A stretch of 64,000 nt of DNA from Negativicutes bacterium (GCA_963665275.2 CAXXIN010000003.1:96001-160000), one strand, 5' to 3'. Counted from the stretch's first letter, positions 29,522-40,976 are shown. Program-made: numbers and translations. The notes: generated from the sequence alone by a model not told the origin.

Positions 29522-31012
29522 TTAAAAATTAAAATAAAGAAACTCACTTGGCGCCGCCTCTGCAATAATTTTCAACGCAAGAAAAAAACCTATACCCAAA
29601 AGTACAGGGACATATGTGGAATAGTCTTGACTATCGCTTTTGCGCTCACCCATTCCTATTGGGGAAGAATAATTGCATAATTTTTGAATATTGGGCATAC
29701 TCACAACTGCAAGAAGCAACACAAATAACGCGAAAAAAGAAGCGCTTGCTTTCCAGTTCGGCGGCAGTAACTCAAGCCTCGCAAAAGGAAAACCCCATTG
29801 ATAAACAAAAGGCATTTTCTCTAAAAAACTAGGCAAAACAATCCCATTTGCACCAGACATACCAATTAAAATAGCGATAGCCTCCTGCAAATTATTGGCC
29901 CTGAAAATAACCCACGCAATTACAATGCACACAAATGTAAGTCCCCAAGACAACCCGTTGGGAAGAGATATATTTAATCTGCGCCAACTATGGTTGATCA
30001 CCAAGTAACAGCCGTGCAAAGCTCCCCATACAACAAACGTCCATCCTGCACCATGCCAAAGTCCTCCAATAAGCATTGTAACAAACAAGTTTATCATACG
30101 CTTTTGGCTCCCGTTTCGGTTTCCCCCCAGAGGGATATACAAATAATTTTTCAAAAACTCAGAAAGAGTAATATGCCACCTCTGCCAAAACTCGCGAATA
30201 GACAACGATTGATAAGGAGAATTAAAGTTTATTGGCAGTTTCAAATTGAACATTAATCCAAGTCCGATTGCCATCTCCGAATACGCGGAAAAATCAAAGT
30301 ATAATTGCAAAGTATAACTAAGAGCACCAAACCATCCTTCAACAAAAGATACATTCATTGGATTGTCAAAAACAGGTTTAACCCATACTGCCAAAGTGTC
30401 TGCAATAAGAGTCTTTTTAATTAACCCAACGCTAAAAAATATGATTCCTTTTATCATATTTTCATGCGAGAAAATAAAATTTTTGGGATCAGAAAATTGA
30501 GGGATCATATGTTTGTGATATAGGATCGGTCCTGCTATTAAATGGGGAAACACGGTTACAAATAGACTATACGTTAACAAATTGTTTCGTTGAGTTTCTC
30601 CCCGATACGCATCAACCAAATAAGCAATCTGTGTAAATGTAAAAAATGAAATTCCTAAAGGCAAAATTACCTCAGGGACAAAAAGAGAAAGCCCGGCAAC
30701 ATCATTAAAGGATCGTATGAAGAAACCAATGTATTTAAACCAACACAGTAAGGATAAATTAACTATGACCGCAATTGCTAAAACCCTTTTCGCTCGTTTT
30801 TTTTCTATAAACTGACCTATAACATAATTAAAGATTATCGACCCCACTAACAGGGGCAAATAGCGAATATCCCAATAGGAATAAAACGCCAATGAGGCTA
30901 CTACCAAAAACATTGTCGCATAGTAGGTCTGTTTTAATTTGGCGAGCAAAAAAAACGTCATCAATACAATAGGCAGAAACACAAAAATAAATTCAAATGA
31001 ATTAAACAACAT
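29522..31012 (-). CDS. MBOAT O-acyltransferase (AlgI/DltB family)
   Basis: MLFNS start, LPLGISFFTF, FPHLIAGPI, FWQRWHITLS, GLWHGA. Confidence 0.92.
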   Translation of the reverse strand: MLFNSFEFIFVFLPIVLMTFFLLAKLKQTYYATMFLVVASLAFYSYWDIRYLPLLVGSIIFNYVIGQFIEKKRAKRVLAIAVIVNLSLLCWFKYIGFFIRSFNDVAGLSLFVPEVILPLGISFFTFTQIAYLVDAYRGETQRNNLLTYSLFVTVFPHLIAGPILYHKHMIPQFSDPKNFIFSHENMIKGIIFFSVGLIKKTLIADTLAVWVKPVFDNPMNVSFVEGWFGALSYTLQLYFDFSAYSEMAIGLGLMFNLKLPINFNSPYQSLSIREFWQRWHITLSEFLKNYLYIPLGGNRNGSQKRMINLFVTMLIGGLWHGAGWTFVVWGALHGCYLVINHSWRRLNISLPNGLSWGLTFVCIVIAWVIFRANNLQEAIAILIGMSGANGIVLPSFLEKMPFVYQWGFPFARLELLPPNWKASASFFALFVLLLAVVSMPNIQKLCNYSSPIGMGERKSDSQDYSTYVPVLLGIGFFLALKIIAEAAPSEFLYFNF

Positions 31013-31105
31013 AAATTGCCTGCATCTTCCTTTTCTCCAGCGTAGCCGGAACTGGCACACCCAGTCCCCGCTATCAGTTTTATCCATAGCAAACACTTTT
31101 TTAGA

Positions 31106-32162
31106 GGCAGATGTACAATCCAAGTGCAACACCGATGAAAAAATAGAGACTCATCGTAAGGGATCCGCTAAAATGGTAGCTACCACACAACCAACGAAGC
31201 GGAGGAACCCAAACGATGAGCTACCACCATCTTACCATAGCTGAGCGGGAAGACGTAAGAGTCTTACTTGAGCAAGGAATGAGTCAGCGATTTATTGCGC
31301 GACATCTCGGACGCAGTCCGGCAACTATTTGCCGCGAAATTAACCGCAACCAGTCGTCAGCGAATACTTATCGCGCTCACGAAGCACAAGATCGGTATCT
31401 GAGGGTACGCCAGGTCTGTAAATCAGCAAGGAAAGTGCTTCGACCGGAACTTTACCATGATATTGTCAACGGCTTGGAATTGTATTGGGCACCGGAACAG
31501 ATTATCGGGCGTTTGCAATTGCCTATTTCCACGAGCACGATTTATCGCGCATTGTGGAACGGTTTGCTACCTCAAATACTGGTGCCAAAACTAAGACGGG
31601 GCGGGCACCGGTCCAAAGGATCTGCGGAACGGCGAGGAAAAATATCCGGGTGCACCTCCATCGAAGAGCGCCCTGCTATCGCTGCGCAGAGGCAGCGAGT
31701 TGGCGATTGGGAGGACGACACTGTTTGTGGATCCCATGGAACTGGGCATATTTTAACCCTGGTGGACCGGGCTACTTCATTTCTGGTAGCCAGCAAGATG
31801 AAAAACAGAATGGCTGAAACGGTGTCACGCTCGATGAGTTCTAAGCTGGCTGGACTTTGCTGTCATACCCTAACCTTGGATAATGGCAATGGATTCGCTA
31901 AGTTCAATGATATCCAGACCAACTTGAACACAAAGATTTACTTTGCCCATCCACATAGTCCGTGGGAACGCCCCCTCAATGAACATACGAATGGATTGTT
32001 ACGTCAGTTCTTTCCAAAGAACACCAGTTTTGCGGATGTTAAAGCAGAACAGGTAGACATAGCCGTTGAGTTACTGAATAATCGCCCGCGTAAACGACTC
32101 CAATGGAAAACTCCGGCTGAAGTTTTTGCGGTTGCCTGTTGCACTTGATTTGACAAATCGCC
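31106..32162 (+). mobile_element. IS30-family insertion sequence
   Basis: Imperfect 26-bp IRs GGCAGATGTACAATCCAAGTGCAACA / revcomp GGCGATTTGTCAAATCAAGTGCAACA; no clear TSD. Confidence 0.88.
31216..32148 (+). CDS. IS30-family transposase
   Basis: HTH LGRSPATICREINRN, GDWEDDT, DNG, HPHSPWERPLNEHTNGLLRQFFPK, LNNRPRKRL. Confidence 0.93.
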   Translation: MSYHHLTIAEREDVRVLLEQGMSQRFIARHLGRSPATICREINRNQSSANTYRAHEAQDRYLRVRQVCKSARKVLRPELYHDIVNGLELYWAPEQIIGRLQLPISTSTIYRALWNGLLPQILVPKLRRGGHRSKGSAERRGKISGCTSIEERPAIAAQRQRVGDWEDDTVCGSHGTGHILTLVDRATSFLVASKMKNRMAETVSRSMSSKLAGLCCHTLTLDNGNGFAKFNDIQTNLNTKIYFAHPHSPWERPLNEHTNGLLRQFFPKNTSFADVKAEQVDIAVELLNNRPRKRLQWKTPAEVFAVACCT

Positions 32163-32204
32163 AACCAAATTATTAATTAACCGGCCACCCGCATGCGCCC
32201 ATCC

Positions 32205-33278
32205 TCAATAATCCTTGCTGCCGCTGCCGCCAGGTTTAGCGGTCTGGTTAAACAAATCAGCAACCGACTGGTTATAGTATGTGATAAACACCCGGAACGG
32301 ATGGGTCTGCGTGGATGGGTCCGCAGCAGCAATTTTGATAACGTTTTGTTTAATCATTAAAGTCACGGTGTATCCGCGCCCCTCACCGCCTAGGTCCCAA
32401 AGTCCATAAGAATCCAAATATTTTCCTTTTTCAACCATGGGCGCACCGTAGCGCGCCGTCAAACCTTGTTTTACGATATTGAACCGGTCCAGCACCTCAT
32501 TTTCCTTTAAGGGCCACGAGATCTGCACCATCCACATTTTGTCCTGGTAGAAGTGGACATAGATCCACGCATCAGGAAAGTCGGCGTAGGGACCGTAATA
32601 GTAGTGCCACCGGTCAAATGTATCCTTGCCATTGAGGTAAGAAAAATAGTCGGTCTTGGGTCTCTGCTTCATGATGCGCTTGGCCTGTTCATCTGTCGCG
32701 CCCCACGGGATGCCGAGCACCTTGTCCGCCTTGAGCGCCCCTCCTGCGGAGCTGCCAACTGCCTGGCCATCCTTCACCGGTTCACCGTTTTTCCATTGTC
32801 CGTCGTGGGCCACCTTGCCGTTCGCGTCTTTGCCGATCCCGTATCCGTCAGGCTTGCCATTCTTGAATTCGCCCTCATAGACCCTGCCGTCAGCAAATTT
32901 AAAGACGCCTCTGCCCTCGCGTTGTCCTTCCCTGTAGTTGCCGTCAAACGAATCTCCGTCAGACCACTTGATGTTGGCGTGTCCGTCGAGTTTGCCTGCT
33001 TTCATTTCGGCTTCGGCCTGTACCTTGGTCTCCGTACCAGGTTTATCCTTATAAACAAACTGCAGGGTTCCCTTCCCTTCAGCCATGCCGCCCACCGTCG
33101 GCCCCGACCAGTTCGCCGACACCAGCGTCAATCCGTCAGCTAAAAACACTACGCCAATTTTGCAGCCGGTCGCCGGATCGGTCGTCCACGCTTCCACCGC
33201 CGCCAGGGCAGTCGTGCTGGTGGCAATCAGAAACAATCCAATCAAGAGGAAAGTCAACAAAGATTTCGATGACTTCAT
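32205..33278 (-). CDS. Secreted MORN-repeat protein with unassigned C-terminal domain
   Basis: Signal peptide ending ALA; repeats GDSFDGNYREGQREGRG, GRVYEGEFKNGKPDGYG. Confidence 0.75.
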   Translation of the reverse strand: MKSSKSLLTFLLIGLFLIATSTTALAAVEAWTTDPATGCKIGVVFLADGLTLVSANWSGPTVGGMAEGKGTLQFVYKDKPGTETKVQAEAEMKAGKLDGHANIKWSDGDSFDGNYREGQREGRGVFKFADGRVYEGEFKNGKPDGYGIGKDANGKVAHDGQWKNGEPVKDGQAVGSSAGGALKADKVLGIPWGATDEQAKRIMKQRPKTDYFSYLNGKDTFDRWHYYYGPYADFPDAWIYVHFYQDKMWMVQISWPLKENEVLDRFNIVKQGLTARYGAPMVEKGKYLDSYGLWDLGGEGRGYTVTLMIKQNVIKIAAADPSTQTHPFRVFITYYNQSVADLFNQTAKPGGSGSKDY

Positions 33279-33569
33279 GCGAACGCCTCCAATAATCAAT
33301 AATGCACAAACGATTACTTCCTTGATACTTCCGTTAAAACAATCATAATCCTTCCAATGATCGCCGAAATGATTAAATTATTCCTTCTGTGTAACATAAG
33401 CAACATATAAACCATCATCTTAGAAACGTCTCGGATTCATTTTTTGATGGAAAGCATGGGCCAGTTTGCGAGAGTCATTTATACAATAAAACCCACGAAA
33501 TTCGTAGGTTTTCGATTTTTTCACATCCTGTTTTCCATTCCATTTTCGCCTCAAATTACCCTTATTACA

Positions 33570-34652
33570 TTACGCGCCTAAACTATCAGCGACCAGAATA
33601 GCCGCATAAACATCTTCCGCCGTAACAGGGAAAGGCATGTTGTGTATTGTTTCCCCGTCTGCGCAAGCAGCTGCGGCAACTTTCATCAGTTTCTCCCTGG
33701 TTGGAGCGATAATCCCCAGCGCCTTTAGACAGGTAGGCAGGCCGACCGTTTTGAGATAATCAATGACGGTTTCCAATTCATCTTGCGGTGCATTTTCCAA
33801 TACCAAATGAACCACAACACCGAAGGCTACCTTCTCGCCATGATAATAACAGTGAGTTTCCGCCAATTGCGTCAGTCCATTATGCACCGAATGACAGGCA
33901 GCCAGCCCGCCACTTTCAAAACCCAGCCCGCTGAGCAAAATATTCGCTTCCACGATGTTTTCCAGCGCCTGCGTCACAACTCGCGCCTGGCAGGCGGCTT
34001 TGGCCTTGACCGAATCTGACAGCAGGGTTTCATAACAGGCTTTTGCAATGGCAAAGGCTGCTTTGGTGCTTTTGCCGCCGGACATGTTGTCAGCATTGGA
34101 ACAGACGCAGGATCTTGCTTCAAAATAAGTGGACAGTGCATCACCCATCCCTGCAACCAAAAATCGCACCGGAGCTTGGGCGATGATGCCGGTATCCACC
34201 AGTACAATGTCGGGGTTTTTATGAAGATTCCAATACGCTTCAAAAGCGTGATGCTCCGTGTAGATTATGGCAAGTCTGCTGGTTGGGGCGTCGGTTGATG
34301 CAATCGTGGGTACGATGATCACCGGCTTTTTCGCCAGGTCCGCGACAGCCTTCGCAGTATCCAGTGCTTTGCCGCCGCCCAATCCAACGATAACCCCGCA
34401 ACCGGTCTCCTCGGACAATATTTTCAGGCGCTCTATCTCGGTCTTCGTGCATTCTTCCCGGAATTCACCATAGACTATAGTACACGGATCTTTTTTCATC
34501 GCTTGATCCAGTTGCGGCTGAACACGCCGCTGACCCTCTTTCGATGCAACCAGCAGCGCCTTGCTGGAGAACTCTAGAATTATCGCCCCTAAATTTACGA
34601 GTTCATTCTGCCCTTGAATGTATTTTGATGGAGAAATCAGCGTTTTTTTCAT
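33570..34652 (-). CDS. gldA: Glycerol dehydrogenase (Fe/Zn-ADH family)
   Basis: SPSKYIQG, GGGKALDTAK, PTIASTDAP, GMGDALST, ESGGLAACH, HGEKVAFG. Confidence 0.9.
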   Translation of the reverse strand: MKKTLISPSKYIQGQNELVNLGAIILEFSSKALLVASKEGQRRVQPQLDQAMKKDPCTIVYGEFREECTKTEIERLKILSEETGCGVIVGLGGGKALDTAKAVADLAKKPVIIVPTIASTDAPTSRLAIIYTEHHAFEAYWNLHKNPDIVLVDTGIIAQAPVRFLVAGMGDALSTYFEARSCVCSNADNMSGGKSTKAAFAIAKACYETLLSDSVKAKAACQARVVTQALENIVEANILLSGLGFESGGLAACHSVHNGLTQLAETHCYYHGEKVAFGVVVHLVLENAPQDELETVIDYLKTVGLPTCLKALGIIAPTREKLMKVAAAACADGETIHNMPFPVTAEDVYAAILVADSLGA

Positions 34653-35744
34653 AATGCATTCACAATCTCGGCTGGGTCCGATTCAACAAAACTCTTGGTC
34701 ACGTTACCGTAGTAGTCCGGATAGTTGCGCAAATCCAGTCTTAGTGCCGGTGAGCCTTCAGCCAGGTTGAACTCATCCAGCCGTGCCCAAATGAGATACG
34801 GACTGGTGGTCGACTCAAAGAAATAAACCCCGTGCGTCAAATCGCCGGTTGAGCGCCAAATGGTTGTAGATGAGAACGGATTCGAGGCATCCAGCGAAAC
34901 CCTGAACGGCTGCGAAATATTCCGGGTAACGCTGAAGATTCCGGCCAGCGCTTCGCGCAGATTGGCAGGTTTTGGGCAGAAGCTTCATATAGTAGGCTGC
35001 GCGCACAAACCGATCTGCCGCCGCAGTCGAGCCGGGAATGGGCTTTGTACCGCCGAACCCCTCGTATTGCTTCAGATTCGCCTGTTGTTGTTCAAACGGC
35101 GGATCATTGGTCATGATGGTATAGCTTCTGTCATGATGAATAACCGGCTTAACCGCCAATATACTCAACTATCGCGGAATCACCTGTCTTATCCGCCAAA
35201 GACAGATGAAGACTGGCGGTCTTGATCTTCCCCCCAACACTGGGAAATTGCAGGGTCACGACCTGAGAAGGAGTCCTGCCGGATTGCCTGAACCGCTTCT
35301 GCCACTGTAGCAAAGTTATCCAGCATGTACTGCGCCCAGAAAGAGATCGACAATCCCTGCCGTTTCTCATCCCTGGTTCCGTAATCGCTTTGATTGAGCC
35401 AGAGCAGGTTCGCCATCAGACCCTGTTCGTTCATTCCGTCCGCCACACTGCCCTGACCGTCAGACAGGGACGCGGCCACAATACTGCCGTATTTCGACGT
35501 CCAGGACAGCGAATTCTTTCCTGGCAATCCCTCGCGCTTGATGCCGCGGGGCAATACCCACAGGGCCGTCCCCATATCTTCGGGCCAGTCCATATTTCGT
35601 CCAACCAGAACCGCCTGCCCATTATCGGCGGAAAGCACACGGCTGCAGGCGTAAACAATATTGCCGGAATAAAGCAAAAAACCTCCGGATATGAAACTGA
35701 TTAAGCATATAACTGCCACTATTTTTCTGGAAAAAACTCATCAT
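34649..35744 (-). pseudogene. Secreted linear amide C-N hydrolase (penicillin V acylase/choloylglycine hydrolase family), multiply frameshifted
   Basis: Pieces in different frames: signal peptide + CSRV...GRNMDW, DGMNEQGL, HLSLADKTGDSAIVEY, MTNDP, DRFVRAAYY, YFFESTTSP. Confidence 0.8.
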
Positions 35745-35785
35745 TCAAACTCCCTCTCCCTCACGCTTGAATTCCTTCCAACGGT

Positions 35786-36762
35786 TTACGGAATTAATAA
35801 TCGGCAAGCGACGTCCCCAATTATGACACTACCTAACTCCAATCCAAAAAGCCCTTCTCTTTTCCTTTTTTCCTCCGGCGCATAGACCTGCACAAACGAC
35901 GGCAGCACCTCGATTTCCAGCGGGAGTTCCGGTCCCCGGTCGCCATCCACATTGGTCGATAAAGGTTCGTTCCCTTCGACGGTAATTCTGGCCCGCTTGA
36001 TCGTCATAACATTCACATACGCGGATTCATCGAGATGACCGCTCAATAGTTTTGAGATGATGTCCACTATGCCAAAGATCTCAAACTTCGTATAAATCAA
36101 GAGGCGCATATTGCCGTCGGCCACTCCCGCGCTAGGCATGAATTTTTCGAAACCGGCCAAGGAACTGGTCAGTGCAGCCACGATCAAAGAAGATTCCACG
36201 CAAAAAGGACGCCGCATCCGTTTCAATATGGAAACGATAGACTTTCTGTTCCCGTAACGCCCGAATCCCTTTCATAAAATATGCTAAAGAGCCGAGCCGC
36301 GTTTTCTCCTCGATTGACACATCGGCTATTGCTTCCGGCATGGTGCCGATCGCCAGCCCATTAACAAAATATCGGTCATTTACCCGTCCGATATCGATAG
36401 GCGCCAACTGGGCCGTATCAAGCATACGAATCGCAGCCTCCGGCTTTAGGGGGGATCTCCAGCGCCCGGGCCAGATCGTTCACGGTCCCTAACGGAATAA
36501 AGCCAAAAGCGGGTCGATTCGACGCCGTGGCGAGTCCGTTGACAGTTTCATTGACTGTTCCATCCCCGCCCATGCAGAACACGGCGGTTGCCCCCGCATC
36601 GGCCGCCTCCTTGGCAAACAGGGTGGCATCAAGCGGTTTCCCTGTCTCACGAACTTCAACTTCATCAAACATCCCCAGCAATTTCAGGTACATCGGCCTT
36701 GTATAACGTCTAGCCTTTCCGCCGCCGGATGAGGGGTTTACGATCAGCAAACAGCTTTTAAT
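35786..36762 (-). pseudogene. Diacylglycerol kinase-family lipid kinase, frameshifted
   Basis: IVNPSSG, GGDGTVNE, PLGTVNDLARAL, IDIGRVNDRYF, NVDGD split across three ORFs; probable start codon reads ATT. Confidence 0.8.
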
Positions 36763-37067
36763 GGTACTCTCCCCTTATTTCACGTCGGTTTATATTTCAG
36801 CAACTTTCCAAGGACCCCTATGAGCGCCACCGGTTACTATATCCCGTTGCTTCAATACTAATGCCTACCTATTATGTTCCGTTCAAACACGCATAATCCT
36901 TCAGGGGACGACTGCCGCAATGGGTCATTTCGTTCATGCTCTTTCCAGGCAGATAGTATAAACCTAAAAACAAGTCTTTCGTTAAACCGTCTGAAAGGTA
37001 TATGATAATGGCAAAGCCTCATATGAAGATAACATATGGGGCCGCGACAGAAAAGGCGGGAGCAAGG

Positions 37068-38232
37068 ATGACTGTTAGAGATTCAGCCGAGCAACTAAAG
37101 GAGCAACTGGTATCCTGGAGAAGGGAAATACACACCTACCCTGAAATTGCCTGGAAAGAAATCAAAACAGGCAACCTGATCGCCGAGGAACTGGAAAAGT
37201 TAGGCATAGAGGTGACACGAGTCGCCAATACAGGCGTGGTCGGTCTCCTGAAAGGAGAAGCTCCAGGTAAGACAGTGGCGCTGCGGGCTGACATGGATGC
37301 TCTGGCCATCGAGGAAGCGACTGACCTTCCCTATAAATCGAAAAATCCGGGAGCAATGCATGCCTGCGGTCATGATGGCCATGTCGCCATGCTTTTAGGC
37401 GCTGCAAGAATATTAAGTCAAATGAGAAGCGAGCTCAATGGCACCGTAAAGTTTATTTTTCAACCTGCCGAAGAAATCGGGCTAGGAGCGTTAAAGCTGA
37501 TTGAGGCCGGTGTTATGGAAGGGGTGGATGGGATTATGGGAATTCACCTTTGGCCGGATTTGCCCAGTGGCAAGGTTTCATTGGTTGCCGGCCCCAGAAT
37601 GGCATCTGCTGACAAAATAAAGATAACCGTCAGAGGAAAATCCGGGCACGGTTCTATGCCTCACCAAGGAATTGACGCCATACTCGCCGCCTCCGCGATC
37701 ATCATGAATCTTCAGTCCATCAGCAGTCGGGAAGTTGCCCCGCTCGATCCCGCGGTGGTAACTATAGGGAAAATTACCGGCGGAACCAGCTGGAACATTA
37801 CTTGTGATGAAGTGATCCTGGAAGGCACAACCCGATGTTTCAGCCATGCGGTCAGAAACAATTTCCCCTCGGCAATCGAAAGAATTGCACAGAATACCGC
37901 AGCCTCATTCAGAGCGCAGGCCGAGGTGGAGTATATCCCCATTGTTTCTCCCCCTGATCAACGACGCGCTGATCTCTCAAATAGCGGCCGCTTCGCTGCA
38001 AAAACTGTATGGCGGCAATGTAGTGGGGGATATTGAAAAGGTTATGGGGGGAGAAGATTTTTCCTATCTTTTCGAAACTGCTCCCGGAGCCCTGGCTTTT
38101 GTCGGGATAGGCAACAAAGAACAGAAAACCGACTACCCGCTTCATAACGACAAATTCAATATCGATGAAGAGGTGCTGCCAATCGGCGCCGCCCTGCATG
38201 CCCAGTTTGCCCTGGACTTTTTAAACCGCTAG
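37068..38232 (+). pseudogene. M20D amidohydrolase with one frameshift near 37950
   Basis: RADMDAL, MHACGHDGH, FQPAEE in one frame; GGEDF and LHNDKF in a second frame; shift falls in the C-run CTCCCCCTG. Confidence 0.85.
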
Positions 38233-38266
38233 AAATCGGTTTTGGGAAACGAAATGATCGTAAGCA

Positions 38267-38293
38267 AAAAGCCCGCGAAATTCGCGGGCTTTT
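38267..38293. terminator. Bidirectional terminator
   Basis: AAAAGCCCGCGAA-A-TTCGCGGGCTTTT. Confidence 0.8.
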
Positions 38294-38393
38294 ATCAGTT
38301 GGAACCCGTTTTTATTTTTTCCAGTTACCGTCCGCAAAATAGGTCATTAACGCAGCTCCCTTGGTTAAGCCCTCTTTTCGAATCGAACTGTAC

Positions 38394-38837
38394 TCAATAT
38401 TTTTTTTTGCGATCTTCTGTTGAACATTTGCTATCTGGACACTTGACGAGAATTTTTGCATAAGAGCTCATAGCTTCGGTGGCCTCGACATAATGTTTTT
38501 TCATTTCGTCAAACTTAGCCTTATTTTCCGAAGAAAGCCACTGAGGCGTTCCTATCTTTTTCAAATTGGCAGCAACTTCAAGATATGCGGCGGATATTGA
38601 CTCATACTGCTCTTTTGCTTGACCTGCGTTGATTTTCTTCTCCCCTACATTTTCGAAGGTACTTCCCACTTTAGTGGAGAGTTCTTGAAAACGAGTGATT
38701 TGAGCGGCAAATGCCAGAAACGCTTTGTCCATCTCTTCTTTCTTCTGCTCAGCGGTCGGCTCATCACTGCCGCAACCTGCGAGTAAGATTGTGCATAGAA
38801 GCATGGACAACAGGGTGAATATAACCGTTTTTTTCAC
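38394..38837 (-). CDS. Hypothetical helical lipoprotein
   Basis: GTG start with GGAGG RBS, lipobox LAGC; 3' end may be affected by an indel. Confidence 0.65.
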   Translation of the reverse strand: MKKTVIFTLLSMLLCTILLAGCGSDEPTAEQKKEEMDKAFLAFAAQITRFQELSTKVGSTFENVGEKKINAGQAKEQYESISAAYLEVAANLKKIGTPQWLSSENKAKFDEMKKHYVEATEAMSSYAKILVKCPDSKCSTEDRKKKY

Positions 38838-39033
38838 GAAGACCCCTCCACAAGACATATTTTCCCATCTATATCGTTCCCATTGTTGATCGGGTAGGAT
38901 TTTTGAAACTGATAGATTTTGAATGCTTTTTTAAATTATCATAAGCAACATGAAATTGATACTATACGAAAGTATACTATCGCCAAAAAAAGAAGAAACC
39001 TTACCAATTATGATAGGGTTTTTTCAAAACTAC

Positions 39034-39739
39034 TTATGCTTCCTCGATGGCCATCATCAGGAACCCGCAAAAGGCTGCGTTATCAACTTGCAACTCTTCG
39101 GCCACTTCCTGCTTCATCAGCAGGATCTGCTCCCGATACGCCCGATAGAATTCAAAGGTGGGGCGGGGACTGTATGTGAGAGCGGTCAGTTCAAAGTATG
39201 CGATGATCCCTTTTGCTGTTGTCGGCTTGATGAAGACCTCGACACTGGGTCGGTAATAGATCGGGTAAATAAACCGTCAGCAGCGGCCATTTCGCAACTT
39301 TATACTCCTGCAGCAGGAACCGTCATCAGCCCAAACCCCTTCGCCTGGTCGCCATGCAGAAACTCCCGCAGTCCATGGGCCAAGTGTTCTTTTTCATCGT
39401 CGTTCATAGAACGAACCGCATCTCTGAACTTGGGTTTTTCAAAAACCGACACCAAGGATGATTGGCTGGCGACCTTAATCATAGATTCGACAATGGTGGC
39501 AGCACTGTGAAATTGTTCCGCAGCACAGTCCAATGAAAAATGGTTGACCGACGTGACAGAGTTTAAATATGGAGACGGCCACAAAGCCTATCTTAGCGCG
39601 CAAAACTTTCCTGCGCTATTTTTATCATCTTCGGCACCTTGTGCTTTTTCACAATTTCGAGCATGTCCGGGTGGGAAAACCCGCCCGAATAAAGCGCCAG
39701 GAAACGACCTTCGGCTTCTTTGAGTTTCGCTTTATTCAT
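39034..39739 (-). pseudogene. Hypothetical protein disrupted by a 77-bp insertion and indels
   Basis: RBS GGAGG + MNKAKLKEAE; continuation AAEQFHS...VFEKPKFRD...KWPLLT...FIKPTTAK...NAAFCGFLMM in other frames. Confidence 0.65.
39526..39599 (+). mobile_element. Internal fragment of an IS3-family transposase (integrase core)
   Basis: Plus strand translates QSNEKWLTDVTEFKYGDGHKAYLSA, matching the IS3/IS150 N-x-x-W-x-T-D-x-T-E-F...K-x-Y-L-S motif; flanked by GCA repeats. Confidence 0.75.
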
Positions 39740-39752
39740 CAGTATAGCCTCC

Positions 39753-40976
39753 TTACTCGGCTTTCTCAGTACAAACGGTGTAAGTATCTTTGGCATAGAT
39801 AAATAATAGCGCGCTAACGCAAATAAAGAGGATGGAAGTGATCCAAAAAATTGATGAAATGCCAAAGAACAAGGAAAATATCCCTGCACAGAGCGGCCCC
39901 AGGACATTGCCCATCAAACCCGCTCCGCTCGTGATCCCATAGGCAGCCCCACGTTTTGACTCCGGTATGAGATAGGTGATAATCGTATTGGAACTGGGGA
40001 TCATCGCTCCAATACACAGACCGTTGATGGCCCGCAGCAACGCGAATGAGATCACATTCTCAGCAGCCAGCTGGCCCAAAAAAGAGACAGCGCCCAGCAG
40101 CGAAGCTGTGCTCAGGATTTGTTTATGGGAAAACCGCTGACTCACCATGCCCATGCTTGCCGAGGCAAACGCACTCATCACGCCGCCAATCGCAATAATA
40201 GTTCCGGAAATGCTCGCAAGATTACTTGAGTCGGAAATGATGGACCGAATATATAAAGGCAAAATCGAGCCCCATGCTCTGTATGGCAAACTGGGTTAAA
40301 AATTGCACCAGCAGCATGAGCCGCAGGTCCCTGAGGGAACAAATAAAACGAAAAGTGCTTTTCAGTGACGTTTGGGAGCTTTTCACCACTGGTAGTGAAT
40401 TTTTCCGTCACGGAAAAATGTACAAGCACCAGTGCGCACAAGGCAAAGTGACCCGAACACGATAAAAGGTTGCCGATAGCCGAAGAAGTCGGCGATGAAC
40501 CCGCCAAGCATTGGACCAACAGCTCCGCCGATGATGATGGAGGTTTGGAACATTCCCACGGTAAAAGAGATCTCCGACGGAGGCGTGCTGCTGAGCACCA
40601 ACGCCGTGCCGGCAGCGACGAATCCGCCGCAAGCAGTCCCTTGCAGTATCCGCAGCGTCAGCAATTGATACACATTCGAAACAAACGCCATCGATATGAT
40701 GATAAGACCATACATGAACAATACTTTTTCGACACATCGGCCTTACGCCCTTTGCGGTCAGCCATCGCTCCCCAATAAGGATTGGACAGCGCGGCGCAAA
40801 ACGAGGCCGAGCCCATTAAAATACCGGACCACATGGCGACCTCACTCGCGTCGCTGATCCCCAAAACCGTCACATATAAAGGCAGGAACGAAATCATCCC
40901 GGTGATGGCGCCTCATGCCGGTGAATTGCGTCGCCCACATGATCGCCAGATTCTTTTTCCATTCAGCTACTAACAT
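39753..40976 (-). pseudogene. MFS transporter (MdtG-like), multiply frameshifted
   Basis: WKKNL start, WGAMADRKGRK, GPMLGG, RGAAYG spread over several frames. Confidence 0.8.

Noticed and set aside
32780-33060. Repeated G-rich motifs as a DNA repeat array
   Set aside because: Protein-level MORN repeats, not a CRISPR or nucleotide tandem array.
37940-37962. Programmed frameshift or selenocysteine readthrough in the amidohydrolase
   Set aside because: A single missing C in a homopolymer within an indel-rich zone explains it; no SECIS or slippery signal seen.
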